From: an uncultured Mucilaginibacter sp.
Lineage (GTDB): Bacteria > Bacteroidota > Bacteroidia > Sphingobacteriales > Sphingobacteriaceae
NCBI GenBank assembly: GCA_964277815.1
Contig: CAXYKR010000343.1
Coordinates: forward strand, 1,611 to 65,610
Reading direction: 5' to 3'
DNA length: 64,000 bases
Shown: positions 1-9,395 of the stretch, in pieces
Numbering within the stretch: position 1 is the stretch's first letter
How the letters are laid out: each line of letters starts with the position of its first letter
Notes under the pieces: model-generated
Databases searched by the model: none
What the model was told of the DNA's origin: nothing
What the model saw: only the letters and a program-made list of their open reading frames with translations
Made by a program: the position numbers and the translations under genes

Positions 1-1242
<1,242 letters not shown>

Positions 1243-1752
1243 TTAAAAGTTTAAATCGTATGGATAAAACCATGAACTGATGCCGGAACAATGAGCAGGG
1301 AAGTGACCTGACTAGATGCGAGACGGGATAGAAAGGGATCTAAGTACCGCTAATCATTCGCCTACAATAATGTTCACGACAAGACCTGCAAGGTTTCATC
1401 TATGCTTTAATTGTAGGCGTCATCAGCACGAGGCGGTTATTTTGAACGGAAGACACCATTTCCGTTTTTACCTTTAACAAATAATAAGCTATTTGTTTTT
1501 AAAAAAATGTGACCATACAATAGACATGTTAGGAATGAGTTATTTTAGTGCTGGATAATTGGTCGATGTCAAATTGGACACAGTTTGTGTCCACTTTGCT
1601 GTTGATATGATAAGGTCTGGCCAGTTATCATTTTTGAATATAAACTTGGCTCAAAATAAAGCGCCCCCTGTTTTCACCAAAAATCATCATCGATACGAAA
1701 ACAGGGGGCGTCCTAAATGGGCGGGCGATAGCCCGCCGTCCGGCAATTTTAA

Positions 1753-1778
1753 AACAAGGGGGATTGCTCCCCCTTGTT
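1753..1778 (-). terminator. rho-independent terminator-like hairpin just downstream of the DUF932 gene
   Basis: aacaaggggg / cccccttgtt 10-bp stem with 6-nt loop. Followed on the minus strand by TTTTAAAATT. Lies 5 nt after the stop at 1783. Confidence 0.6.
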
Positions 1779-1782
1779 GGCT

Positions 1783-2850
1783 TTAGTTAAATATTAGTGC
1801 CTCAGTGCCTCGCGTAGCGAAATCCCGGCAAAGATTAAAGGCGGTTTGTGCCCGCTGTTTGGCGGTGCCGTCCATGATGGATTTAAACTTCGCTTCCTCG
1901 CTTTTGAAACTGCGTACATTCTGAAAATAACCGGTTACGGCATTATAAGCGCCAAATACCGTTCCTGCAGTCGTATCGACCTGTTGCGTCGGGCTGGCTA
2001 AAGCGTATTCATAAACGCTGTCAACAATGTTTGTATAATGCGTAGAAAGCTGTTCAAACTTGCTTTCGGCTAAATGTTCTAATACCTCTTTATTAGGTGC
2101 CATAGCAATCTGTATTAGCTTTTTCACTTCACGGTCTGTAATGCGGACTTTTGCCCACTGGTTAAACAAGGCTTCCATTTCCTGGCTTAACTCACGGCTG
2201 ATGCCCATGAGCGTATGCGCTTGTTTTAACCGCTCGGCAGCAGACGCGGTATGCCGTATCTTAATTGCTCCTGAATGATTACGCACGGCTGCATTAAGCG
2301 TGTTGTTACAAACTATTCGGACAGGTGTAAAAGCTGCGGTAATACTGCCTAAACCATCGTGCGAAGTGGTCAAAAACAAATATTGCTCTATCCAGTCCTT
2401 GACACCCACACGGATATAATCAGGCAGCTTGGCGGTAATAAATACCCGTTCACCGTTGCCTAATGCGCCTGCGGTCTCGTACAGGATACCTTCGCCACCG
2501 CCGACAACCGCGTCAAAAAATGAAAACGCATCACGGTTTTGCACGACTTCATAGTCATTGCCGACTACGCCTAAAACCTGCTCCGTGTCTGCCCTTACGG
2601 TGGCAAAGAAATTAGGTACTGCTATTTCAGGAATGACCATATCGTCGCTGCCTTCGCCCAGATGGTTGGCAGTATCATATGTAAACAAAGGACGTTTTTC
2701 TACGATATAGTCCAAACCTGCGTGCTGTATCGCTTCACTACTGGTCGGGTAGCGGTCAATGATCTGCCCTAAACCGTGCCAGGCTTTTTCCTTGACGCTC
2801 ATAAAGGAGTGTTTGCCTGTATTCTTATTGAAATTAATTTGATGTGCCAT
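1783..2850 (-). CDS. DUF932 family protein (phage/plasmid-like protein typical of conjugative elements)
   Basis: 355-aa ORF MAHQINFNKNTGKHSFMSVKEKAWHGLGQII... Resembles DUF932/TIGR03299-type proteins common on Bacteroidota ICEs. Family call from memory, not searched. Confidence 0.75.
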   Translation of the reverse strand: MAHQINFNKNTGKHSFMSVKEKAWHGLGQIIDRYPTSSEAIQHAGLDYIVEKRPLFTYDTANHLGEGSDDMVIPEIAVPNFFATVRADTEQVLGVVGNDYEVVQNRDAFSFFDAVVGGGEGILYETAGALGNGERVFITAKLPDYIRVGVKDWIEQYLFLTTSHDGLGSITAAFTPVRIVCNNTLNAAVRNHSGAIKIRHTASAAERLKQAHTLMGISRELSQEMEALFNQWAKVRITDREVKKLIQIAMAPNKEVLEHLAESKFEQLSTHYTNIVDSVYEYALASPTQQVDTTAGTVFGAYNAVTGYFQNVRSFKSEEAKFKSIMDGTAKQRAQTAFNLCRDFATRGTEALIFN

Positions 2851-2854
2851 TGCT

Positions 2855-3028
2855 TTAATTTTTAGCGTTTCGTGTATTCATGGGAATGATTTCAGTACGC
2901 AGCACTCGTACATTGTCAGTGCTCGTAATTTTCACGTCGCTGTTTTGCAGTTCTGCAATAGCGTCGTGTATGTTAGGGTGGGTGGTTTGGATGGCCACTT
3001 TCACCAGTAAAAAAATCTTGTCTTCCAT
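2855..3028 (-). CDS. small hypothetical protein (57 aa)
   Basis: Own translation MEDKIFLLVKVAIQTTHPNIHDAIAELQNSDVKITSTDNVRVLRTEIIPMNTRNAKN. Same strand as neighbours, stop 4 nt before the DUF932 start. Below the ORF-track size cutoff. Confidence 0.3.
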   Translation of the reverse strand: MEDKIFLLVKVAIQTTHPNIHDAIAELQNSDVKITSTDNVRVLRTEIIPMNTRNAKN

Positions 3029-3032
3029 TGCC

Positions 3033-3161
3033 TTAATATTGATAGGTGTTCAAAAAATCCCTGAATTCCATTTGAAACTGTGCGGGGTTCTCCTGCGCCA
3101 GTTGTTCGGCGTAACCTTCCCAAAATAACTGGTCGGTCAGTTCAATAAATTGCTCGTACAT
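3033..3161 (-). CDS. small hypothetical protein (42 aa)
   Basis: Own translation MYEQFIELTDQLFWEGYAEQLAQENPAQFQMEFRDFLNTYQY. Stop lies 4 nt upstream of the next small ORF start (3028). Confidence 0.2.
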   Translation of the reverse strand: MYEQFIELTDQLFWEGYAEQLAQENPAQFQMEFRDFLNTYQY

Positions 3162-3224
3162 GGGAGTTGCTGTTTTGATGAAACTTAAAATTGCCCCCGG
3201 CTAAATGCCGGGAGCAGTACCTGT

Positions 3225-3842
3225 TCAAGCGTTCGGAAAAACGATGTTGGCCTCGATGTCGGCCAGTTTTTCGTGGCAAGCATCAAAAATGAATTGCGCT
3301 ACCATGCGGATCAGGTTCGGCGTGTTGGTGACGAATTCGCGGCGTTTATCATCCTGAATAATGAGTTTGCAGCCTTGGTACGGGTTGCTTTCCAGTTCGT
3401 CGTTCTCTTCCTGTAATTGCACCTCAAAATCTTCTAAGGTCTGTATTCGCGCTATCAAGGCTAAACGCTGGATAGACAAGCGGTGCAGGTCGTTCACCGA
3501 TTTTAAGGTTTGCTCCAAGTTCAGCGCAAATTTTTTGGGCTCAAACTTTACCTCCACGGTTTTGGCTGGTTCGGCCTGTGCTTCGGCTTTCACTTCTTCG
3601 GTGGCTGGCTGGTTTGCAGGGTTAACGGGTTGGTTATCCACTGTAGCGGTGCCACTGGTCGCAGCCTGGGCAGGCGCAACTTCCGAAGTTTGTGGATTTT
3701 CGGCGGGCTTTTCATCGGTAGTGTTTGCATGTTCTTTTGCTTCTTTGCCTGTTAAACTTGGGCGGTTTGGAGTTCTGTTCGCTTCGTTTGCTTTAGCTGC
3801 TGCACCTTGTACACCGTTTGCATTTTTTTCTGCTGTTTTCAT
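3225..3842 (-). CDS. hypothetical ICE protein with a low-complexity N-terminal half
   Basis: 205-aa ORF. First ~100 aa are A/N/P/E/T-rich (AAAKANEANRTPNRPS...PAENPQTSEVAPAQAATSG). C-terminal half looks globular (LNLEQTLKSVNDLHRLSIQRLALIARIQTLEDFEVQLQEEND...). The opposite-strand ORFs 3361..3909 and 3510..3755 look like shadows. Confidence 0.6.
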   Translation of the reverse strand: MKTAEKNANGVQGAAAKANEANRTPNRPSLTGKEAKEHANTTDEKPAENPQTSEVAPAQAATSGTATVDNQPVNPANQPATEEVKAEAQAEPAKTVEVKFEPKKFALNLEQTLKSVNDLHRLSIQRLALIARIQTLEDFEVQLQEENDELESNPYQGCKLIIQDDKRREFVTNTPNLIRMVAQFIFDACHEKLADIEANIVFPNA

Positions 3843-4381
3843 CTTAAAAGATTGTAAAGGGTTAAAAAATTTGTTTTTCGTTTCCCTCTTTCCCGAAGAC
3901 TTCCCTTAAAAAGCTATTTTTCAAAAGAAAAAACGGTAAAAAAGAAAGTCAAAAAAGCGGTCGTAAGCCATAGCGGGAGAACTATAAGTCCCGGAGGGTG
4001 ACCGCAGCGAAGCGGAGGACATTATGCGTTCGTACGTGAAGGCTGACCGAGATTGACGCCGCTTTTGTCCGTTTTCGTTGGAAAATAGCAGCTAAAAGAA
4101 GTCCCTTAAATCGAATCAGCAAGGGCAGGAATGGAGGCAAGCGAAGCTTTTCCCGGCGAAGAGTAACGGAGCGGGTAAACGAGTGAAGTCCGGAATGATG
4201 CGCTTGCAGGACGTAGCCAGTCAAACGTTATAAGCTAATGCTTTTGCAGCGCAGCAAAAATGCAAGAGCGGAATTTTAAGCAATGGATATTGGAGAAGTA
4301 GCCTGTCAAGGATTGCAACGGCATCCTTTTCATGGAAAAGATATAGTGAAAAGCCTGGTCGAAGGGACAGCCAACAAGCTT

Positions 4382-5254
4382 TCAATTTATTCCGTTTTGA
4401 AGCAAGTGATAAGTAAAGCTGCCGTCCTCGGTTTTAGCTATCTCTATCTGATTTAGAAATTTCATCATCTCTAAATAGCCTTGATTGCAAAGCTCCAATT
4501 GTTCTTTTAGGTAAGGCAGCCAGTCTGTGCGTTCGCGATCTAACGCAACCATGGCCTGGTCATCCTCGCGATGCGCGTTTAAAAACTTCATGACATAATT
4601 ACTATCATAACCAGCATGGTGCACGAAAAACTTACGGTGTTTATTAAACTGGGGATATATGTTTTCCTGAAAATTCCATAGCCATTGATAATGCGCTGAA
4701 GCTTCCAACTGCGGAAAATGTGCATGTATATACTGTAATGGCGAATGAAAGTAAATCTGGCCGCGTTTCTCCATCAGCAGTTCTGGAAAAAAGCTACTAA
4801 TATAGTCAGCGATACGCTGCCAAAACTTATATAAGGATTCGAATGCAACCGGTAGCTCCCTGTTGAAACGGGCATCTTCCAGTTTCTGATTATAATGATA
4901 AAACTTCTTTCCATCTATATAACTATACGAGTGCTCAAATACGGTGATATATGGTGTATATAGATAAAGCGTTCCTAACCGGTATTTCAGATCAGCAGTT
5001 GCGGAATATAATTCCATTTGCATTTGATTCGGGTTTTTCACTTCACGGTCCAAATGCAAGTGGTCATAGACTTCAATTTGCCGGTCATACAAACCGGACT
5101 TTGCAGCCATCACTACAGCGTCGGTGTTGATAGCAATAACATTTTCGCCCAGATAGGTATAGTTATTATCTGTCAAGCACTGGAGATCATGCGCTCTGTA
5201 TAAACTAAATAATTCCTCATTATACGCTTGTATAATGTCTCGCTGTTTACTCAT
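4382..5254 (-). CDS. hypothetical protein with a HEPN-like Rx4H motif
   Basis: 290-aa ORF with ATG start. Contains FNKHRKFFVHHAGYD (R-x4-H). No other family recognised. Confidence 0.6.
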   Translation of the reverse strand: MSKQRDIIQAYNEELFSLYRAHDLQCLTDNNYTYLGENVIAINTDAVVMAAKSGLYDRQIEVYDHLHLDREVKNPNQMQMELYSATADLKYRLGTLYLYTPYITVFEHSYSYIDGKKFYHYNQKLEDARFNRELPVAFESLYKFWQRIADYISSFFPELLMEKRGQIYFHSPLQYIHAHFPQLEASAHYQWLWNFQENIYPQFNKHRKFFVHHAGYDSNYVMKFLNAHREDDQAMVALDRERTDWLPYLKEQLELCNQGYLEMMKFLNQIEIAKTEDGSFTYHLLQNGIN

Positions 5255-5273
5255 AAAAAATCATATACCAGGT

Positions 5274-5774
5274 TTACTCTGCAAACAGCGCAGCTATGGT
5301 CTGCATGGTCAGAAACATTTTGCCTGAGTCCAGTTTGACAAAATCATATTTTAAATAAAAGGCTTCCGCTTCTGCGTCAAGCGGATCAACGATCACAGCC
5401 ATTGCCCCGACGTGCGTTAAAGAGACATTATAGCATTTCTTCAACGCATCAATTAAAAGGTATTCACCAAGGCGTTGCCCTTTATAGTTTTGATCCAATG
5501 CCAGCCTTCCTAATAATATCGCGGGGAGGTTATGGTAAGCAGGCGGCATTTTCTTCTGCACTTGTTCCGGCACCAGCTCGTGTGGTATGCTCGTACTTGA
5601 TAGCGTATAGTAGCCGATGATGCGGTCGCCATCCAGCATGACAGACACGGTACTCAAACGTCGTTTGATATCCTGGCTTGCCTGTTTGTGCAGGTAATTA
5701 TCCAGCATTTCCTTGCCGCAGGTAAACTCTTTTTTATTAAGTCCTGAATGCAGCGGTTCAATAGGATAACTCAT
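5274..5774 (-). CDS. GNAT-family acetyltransferase toxin (TacT/KacT-like)
   Basis: 166 aa. IIGYYTLSSTSI...LLGRLALDQNYKGQRLGEYLLIDAL...AMAVIVDPLDAEAEAFYLKYDF is a GNAT fold pattern. The ATG shares 1 nt with the stop of the upstream DUF1778 gene (TAATG at 5772-5776). Confidence 0.75.
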   Translation of the reverse strand: MSYPIEPLHSGLNKKEFTCGKEMLDNYLHKQASQDIKRRLSTVSVMLDGDRIIGYYTLSSTSIPHELVPEQVQKKMPPAYHNLPAILLGRLALDQNYKGQRLGEYLLIDALKKCYNVSLTHVGAMAVIVDPLDAEAEAFYLKYDFVKLDSGKMFLTMQTIAALFAE

Positions 5775-6073
5775 TAAACTTCCGTTGACTGGTTACCAAA
5801 TTCACGGTAGCGCTCAGCAGCCTGTTGTAAGCGTTTGCCAGGCTTCGGCGGATTCATGATCGCCTCGAAAAAAACATTTCTGTCCCTTTCTGTAGCCAGA
5901 ACTGCTTCGTGCTGTTCCACAATGAATTTTGCTTTTTCCTGAACAGTAGACACCACAAAATCGGTAAGCGTACGGTAACCGCCCAATTTAGCTGCCCGTT
6001 CAAATAATGTTTTTTGATCTGTCGTCAGTTTGGTATCGAACCTTGTCTTCTCAGCTTTGATCACTCGTTCCAT
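5774..6073 (-). CDS. DUF1778 (TacA-like, RHH) antitoxin
   Basis: 99 aa. RFDTKLTTDQKTLFERAAKLGGYRTLTDFVVSTVQEKAKFIVEQHE is typical of DUF1778 antitoxins paired with GNAT toxins. Confidence 0.75.
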   Translation of the reverse strand: MERVIKAEKTRFDTKLTTDQKTLFERAAKLGGYRTLTDFVVSTVQEKAKFIVEQHEAVLATERDRNVFFEAIMNPPKPGKRLQQAAERYREFGNQSTEV

Positions 6074-6519
6074 AATTATTGCCTTTCAAAACAAATATAC
6101 GGAAAAATTCCGTACAAAATAGAAATTTGCAATAATCAATCCAGTTTCACTGTAGCGATAAAGCTATTTAACATTCTACGATTCAGCTGTTAACGAGAAG
6201 GTGGCTGCTTCTTTATTATAGCGGTACGGGTGCTTTCAAGTCGCAAGGCTTGTTTTCGCATATCTTCGAGAGAAAATTTAGGTCGACCGGTTCTAATCTT
6301 CATAGCTAACCGGTTCATCTCTGCAAATGACACGTTGTAATTCATTGTTACATTGATTATACCAAACAAGATAATTAATTAATAAATATTAGCTATCTAT
6401 TGATAGTGCAGTGATGTAAATTGATGAGGCAGCATCTTTTCCATCTGAGCTCAGGAAACGTCAATGCATATCATAGCAGCAAGCAGGGCGGCCTGAGAAA
6501 CTCAAGCCGCCTGCCGCTG

Positions 6520-7994
6520 CTACTGGCCGGTACTAAGTGGAGCGGATTTTTCTTTAATAAACTGCTGATAAATTTGCTCAATCTTAGCTATCAGCAGTTC
6601 AACTTTATCTTTTAAACGCTTTACAGATTCTTCATCGGGATTGAAGTGGCTTTTATAGCGTGCTTCCGAATATCCTGTTTGCAGCAAATTGAATAGCTGA
6701 ACGCCTTCCGTTGTGTCTAACTGCAAAACCCGCTTAATTTCTTCAGTAAATAAAAACGTAATTCGAATCTTTCTCGACAAATTATGCACCGATAAGCGGT
6801 AACCTAATACCGCGCGAATAATAGCAATCAAACTACTTTCAGCAGCCTGGTGAAGGGAGAAAAGAGCCAGTGAATAATTGTTATCTTCAATGTAGCGAAG
6901 AGCGCCTTTCATGAACGCTTTGCCTTGAACACCCCACCTGTTCCAGTCGTGTTTGGCTCTTTCCAGCCACACACTATTATCAATGGAATGCGCACCTGTT
7001 AGCTCAACATCAGGAGCTTTATAAACATTAATACTTTTGAAGAGTGTGTTGTGCCAAAAACGCTTATTGTTTGCCAACGCATCTTTGGCACTGGCCAGTT
7101 TATGTACAAAGGCGAATACTGATGCCAGGTAACGACAGTTATCCTCAATTTTGTTGGCAATCTCGTGTTCAGGCGTTTTTTCCTTGTCGTCTATCAGTAT
7201 CAATAAATAATACGTAAATGGGTTGGAGTGTGTACCCATCAGGTAAATCATACAAACAGATGGAATACGCTCAACAATCAGTTTCTTTACTTCGTCAATG
7301 CCTGACTTTTCAGCTTGATTTAATACCGGATCAAGGTCTTTTAGTGGTGCTAATTTATCATCAATGCTTTCTTTTTCCGACGCATTCCGGTTTCTGCCCC
7401 AACCTTTATGCGTGATCGTTTCTTCCGTCTCGCGCTGGTGAATGAGCCATGCTGCGGAATAAAGTTTACGGATGTTATCATACACGTCAATGATCTCGCC
7501 AGCGATCAGCGTTTCGTCAGCAGCACTGTTATACAAGGCGCTGTGCAGCCATTCGTGCAGATAGTCGCGGTAATCCTGCGGCGTTATTTTTTTGAAACAC
7601 TTCTTCACGGCTTTATATGGGTTAGCAAGTTCTTTTGCAGACAAATTTTTTGGAAAGTATACCCATTCCTTTTTTCCTGTTCGATCTGCTCTTCGGTCAC
7701 GTCCTGTAAGCGTGGCCACCTGTCGTAATTTTTCAGCAGTAATAAATGCAGAGCTTCGATCAACTGAAGGGTTTGATCATAAATGAATAACACGTGTCCA
7801 GGCCCGTGCCGGTCTTTATAAAACTTGTCATTTAATACATAAAAACGCCATTCCTTTAAATCCTCCCGGTGATCTTTGGGCCATCCAGAACTGAAAAAGT
7901 CGGTAATGACTTTTAAAGGATTCATAATCTCGCTAAAACGCAGATGTTTGGGGTACTGCTCCCACGGTGCTATGTTGCCTAAATACATCGTCAT
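6520..7994 (-). pseudogene. frameshift-split gene: repeat-containing N-terminal region + minimal nucleotidyltransferase-like segment + HEPN-like C-terminus
   Basis: ORFs 7605..7994 and 6520..7719 overlap in frames offset by 1. The downstream ORF has no ATG (the track start at 7719 is GTG). Adding one A to the A6 run (T6 on plus strand, 7670-7675) fuses them as ...EEQIEQEKKEWVYFPKNL... The C-terminus has LGYRLSVHNLSRK ... YSEARY (HEPN-like). Confidence 0.55.
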
Positions 7995-8145
7995 GGTCTT
8001 GATGCCGTCATTGTTGCCAGCAAGACAAATGACTGCATGTACTCATTTCTAACCTATTCTACAGCTTTCTATCGAAGTAGCAAACTCGTATAAATTATGC
8101 TCGTTTTAGGCCGATAAAACTGGTAACTTGAAACTTCAAATTTCA

Positions 8146-8153
8146 TACATTTG
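8146..8153 (+). promoter_or_regulatory. Bacteroidota-type -7 promoter box (TAnnTTTG)
   Basis: tacatttg at 8146-8153, 21 nt upstream of the ATG at 8174. Matches the TAnnTTTG consensus of Bacteroidota sigma-A promoters. Confidence 0.4.
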
Positions 8154-8173
8154 CTTAAACAACCATTTCCATC

Positions 8174-8596
8174 ATGAGCACAGCTACCGATTCGCCAAAA
8201 AATATTCACCAGGGACGCAATGTGAAGCGCTTTCGCGAGATGCTCGGGTTGAAGCAAGAAGCCTTGGCTTTGGCATTAGGAGATGATTGGAGCCAAAAAA
8301 GAGTATCGTTATTGGAGGGGAAAGAGCTTATTGAAGAAGATATTCTTGCTCAGGTCGCTGCTATACTTAAAGTTCCCGTTGAAGCCATCAAAAACTTTGA
8401 TGAGGAAAAGGCGGTGAATATCATCTCGAATACATTTAACGATACTTCGATGTTAAATGCCGTAAATTACAACCCTACATTCAATCCTATAGACAAGTTA
8501 ATTGAAGTCTACGAAGAAAACAAAAAGCTTTATGAGCAACTTCTCGCAAGCGAACGGGAAAAAGTAGAAATTCTTAAAGGTAAAGCCAATTCATAA
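8174..8596 (+). CDS. XRE-family helix-turn-helix transcriptional regulator
   Basis: NIHQGRNVKRFREMLGLKQEALALALGDDWSQKRVSLLEGKE is a Cro/C1-type HTH. The C-terminal part looks like a coiled coil. Confidence 0.75.
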   Translation: MSTATDSPKNIHQGRNVKRFREMLGLKQEALALALGDDWSQKRVSLLEGKELIEEDILAQVAAILKVPVEAIKNFDEEKAVNIISNTFNDTSMLNAVNYNPTFNPIDKLIEVYEENKKLYEQLLASEREKVEILKGKANS

Positions 8597-8600
8597 TATT

Positions 8601-8876
8601 ATGACAGTGGAGCAGCACGAAAAGCCATACAGAGAAAGGATGTTCAGTCTTGTTGCAGACCCCGAACTAAAAGCAATGGAAACCAGGTACGAGCCGTATC
8701 TTGACATTCATGCTATTGAGGACGTCTTAGAAGGCTGCGACATTATACAAGCCCATCCGGGTGAGGTGCCTACAGGCAAGCTAATATGGAAAGAGGGTTA
8801 TGATCTGCCGTTGGAACTCAAACGAGATATCATCAACTTATACAACAAGCACTTCATTGATCAGGAAGCGGGTTAA
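8601..8876 (+). CDS. hypothetical protein (91 aa)
   Basis: ATG 5 nt after the HTH gene stop. No family recognised. The 3' end overlaps the convergent ORF 8854..9339 by 23 nt. Confidence 0.45.
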   Translation: MTVEQHEKPYRERMFSLVADPELKAMETRYEPYLDIHAIEDVLEGCDIIQAHPGEVPTGKLIWKEGYDLPLELKRDIINLYNKHFIDQEAG

Positions 8877-9339
8877 GCTCAAACAACGTTCTCCAGGTAT
8901 CTTCTACAGGTTTTTCAACTTCTGCAAAAGGCACATCATCCCATAAATGCAGTTCCTCATTGATGAACCGATATAGCTTCCTTATACCAACTTCGTTACT
9001 GGCAAACACATGGGTGATACCTTCTTTTTCCAGATAGTCTTCCCAATAGCCGTCTGAACTAAGGGGTTCAATATATACGTCATCATCAATATCCTGGTCG
9101 AAGGCAAACCGGAATCCGGATACTTGTGGTAAAGTGTTACCATCAATCGGGTCATCTAAAATAGTCGTTAAGCGAAAATGCATTGCCGGATAATGGCCGA
9201 CACTATACATAATCTCTACTTTTGCCAACGTGCGGGCATTCAGCTCTAACACGCCATAGGTAAGCATCTCGACGAGTTTCAGCCATTGCTCGTCTGATAC
9301 GCTCAATAATACATTTTGTGCCTCATCTAATTTTTTCAT
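8854..9339 (-). CDS. strongly acidic hypothetical protein (161 aa)
   Basis: By hand count, about 32 D/E versus about 13 K/R. Acidic clusters DQDIDDDVYIEPLSSDGYWEDYLEKE and WDDVPFAEVEKPVED. Confidence 0.6.
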   Translation of the reverse strand: MKKLDEAQNVLLSVSDEQWLKLVEMLTYGVLELNARTLAKVEIMYSVGHYPAMHFRLTTILDDPIDGNTLPQVSGFRFAFDQDIDDDVYIEPLSSDGYWEDYLEKEGITHVFASNEVGIRKLYRFINEELHLWDDVPFAEVEKPVEDTWRTLFELNPLPDQ

Positions 9340-9395
9340 AGTAAAGTATTCAAGATAAATAGCAACAGGCCAATGATGACCTGTTGCCTAAAATG

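Noticed and set aside
1445-1469. A plus-strand hairpin with a T-run (aacggaa-gacaccat-ttccgtt-ttt) in the eno upstream region, considered as the end of a small RNA. The IR cgcctacaat...attgtaggcg (about 1360-1420) was considered with it.
   Set aside because: No promoter or recognisable RNA family (SRP, 6S, tmRNA, RNase P motifs absent). It could equally be eno 5'-UTR structure or ICE-end debris. Not supportable without expression or conservation data.
1483-1494. A 12-nt direct repeat, aataagctattt, at 1483-1494 and 50682-50693, considered as the ICE att core.
   Set aside because: The right copy sits inside a perfect 11-bp terminator hairpin of the tRNA gene. A crossover within it would be unlikely to recreate a perfect hairpin from two different parental arms. 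The flanks show no further identity and the sequence is AT-rich, so a chance match is plausible. Kept only as a weak lead.
1559-1786. A 75-aa plus-strand ORF at the left ICE end.
   Set aside because: It has a non-ATG start, spans the three GC-rich hairpins, and its sequence (…PPSGNFKTRGIAPPCWL) looks like translated structure, not protein.
3361-3909. Antisense or alternate-frame ORFs inside real genes, for example 3361..3909, 3510..3755, 10215..10655, 10444..10842, 11458..11808, 13947..14204, 14087..14374, 37633..37944, 38323..38772, 43192..43473, 52107..52466, 59268..59618, 60415..60777, 62663..63142.
   Set aside because: They lie wholly within longer ORFs that have clear family motifs. Their composition is low-complexity or Cys/Ser/Arg-rich, typical of shadow ORFs.
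3982-4224. An 80-aa minus-strand ORF in the 540-nt gap.
   Set aside because: The sequence (…RREKLRLPPFLPLLIRFKGLLLAAIFQRKRTKAAS…) is Arg/Leu-rich with no motif and no plausible start context. The region is treated as non-coding.
7664-7680. Programmed -1 ribosomal frameshifting on AAAAAAG joining ORFs 7605..7994 and 6520..7719.
   Set aside because: The heptamer is not in the X_XXY_YYZ phase of the upstream frame, and no obvious downstream stimulatory structure was seen. A frameshift mutation or sequencing indel is the simpler reading. Not fully excluded.
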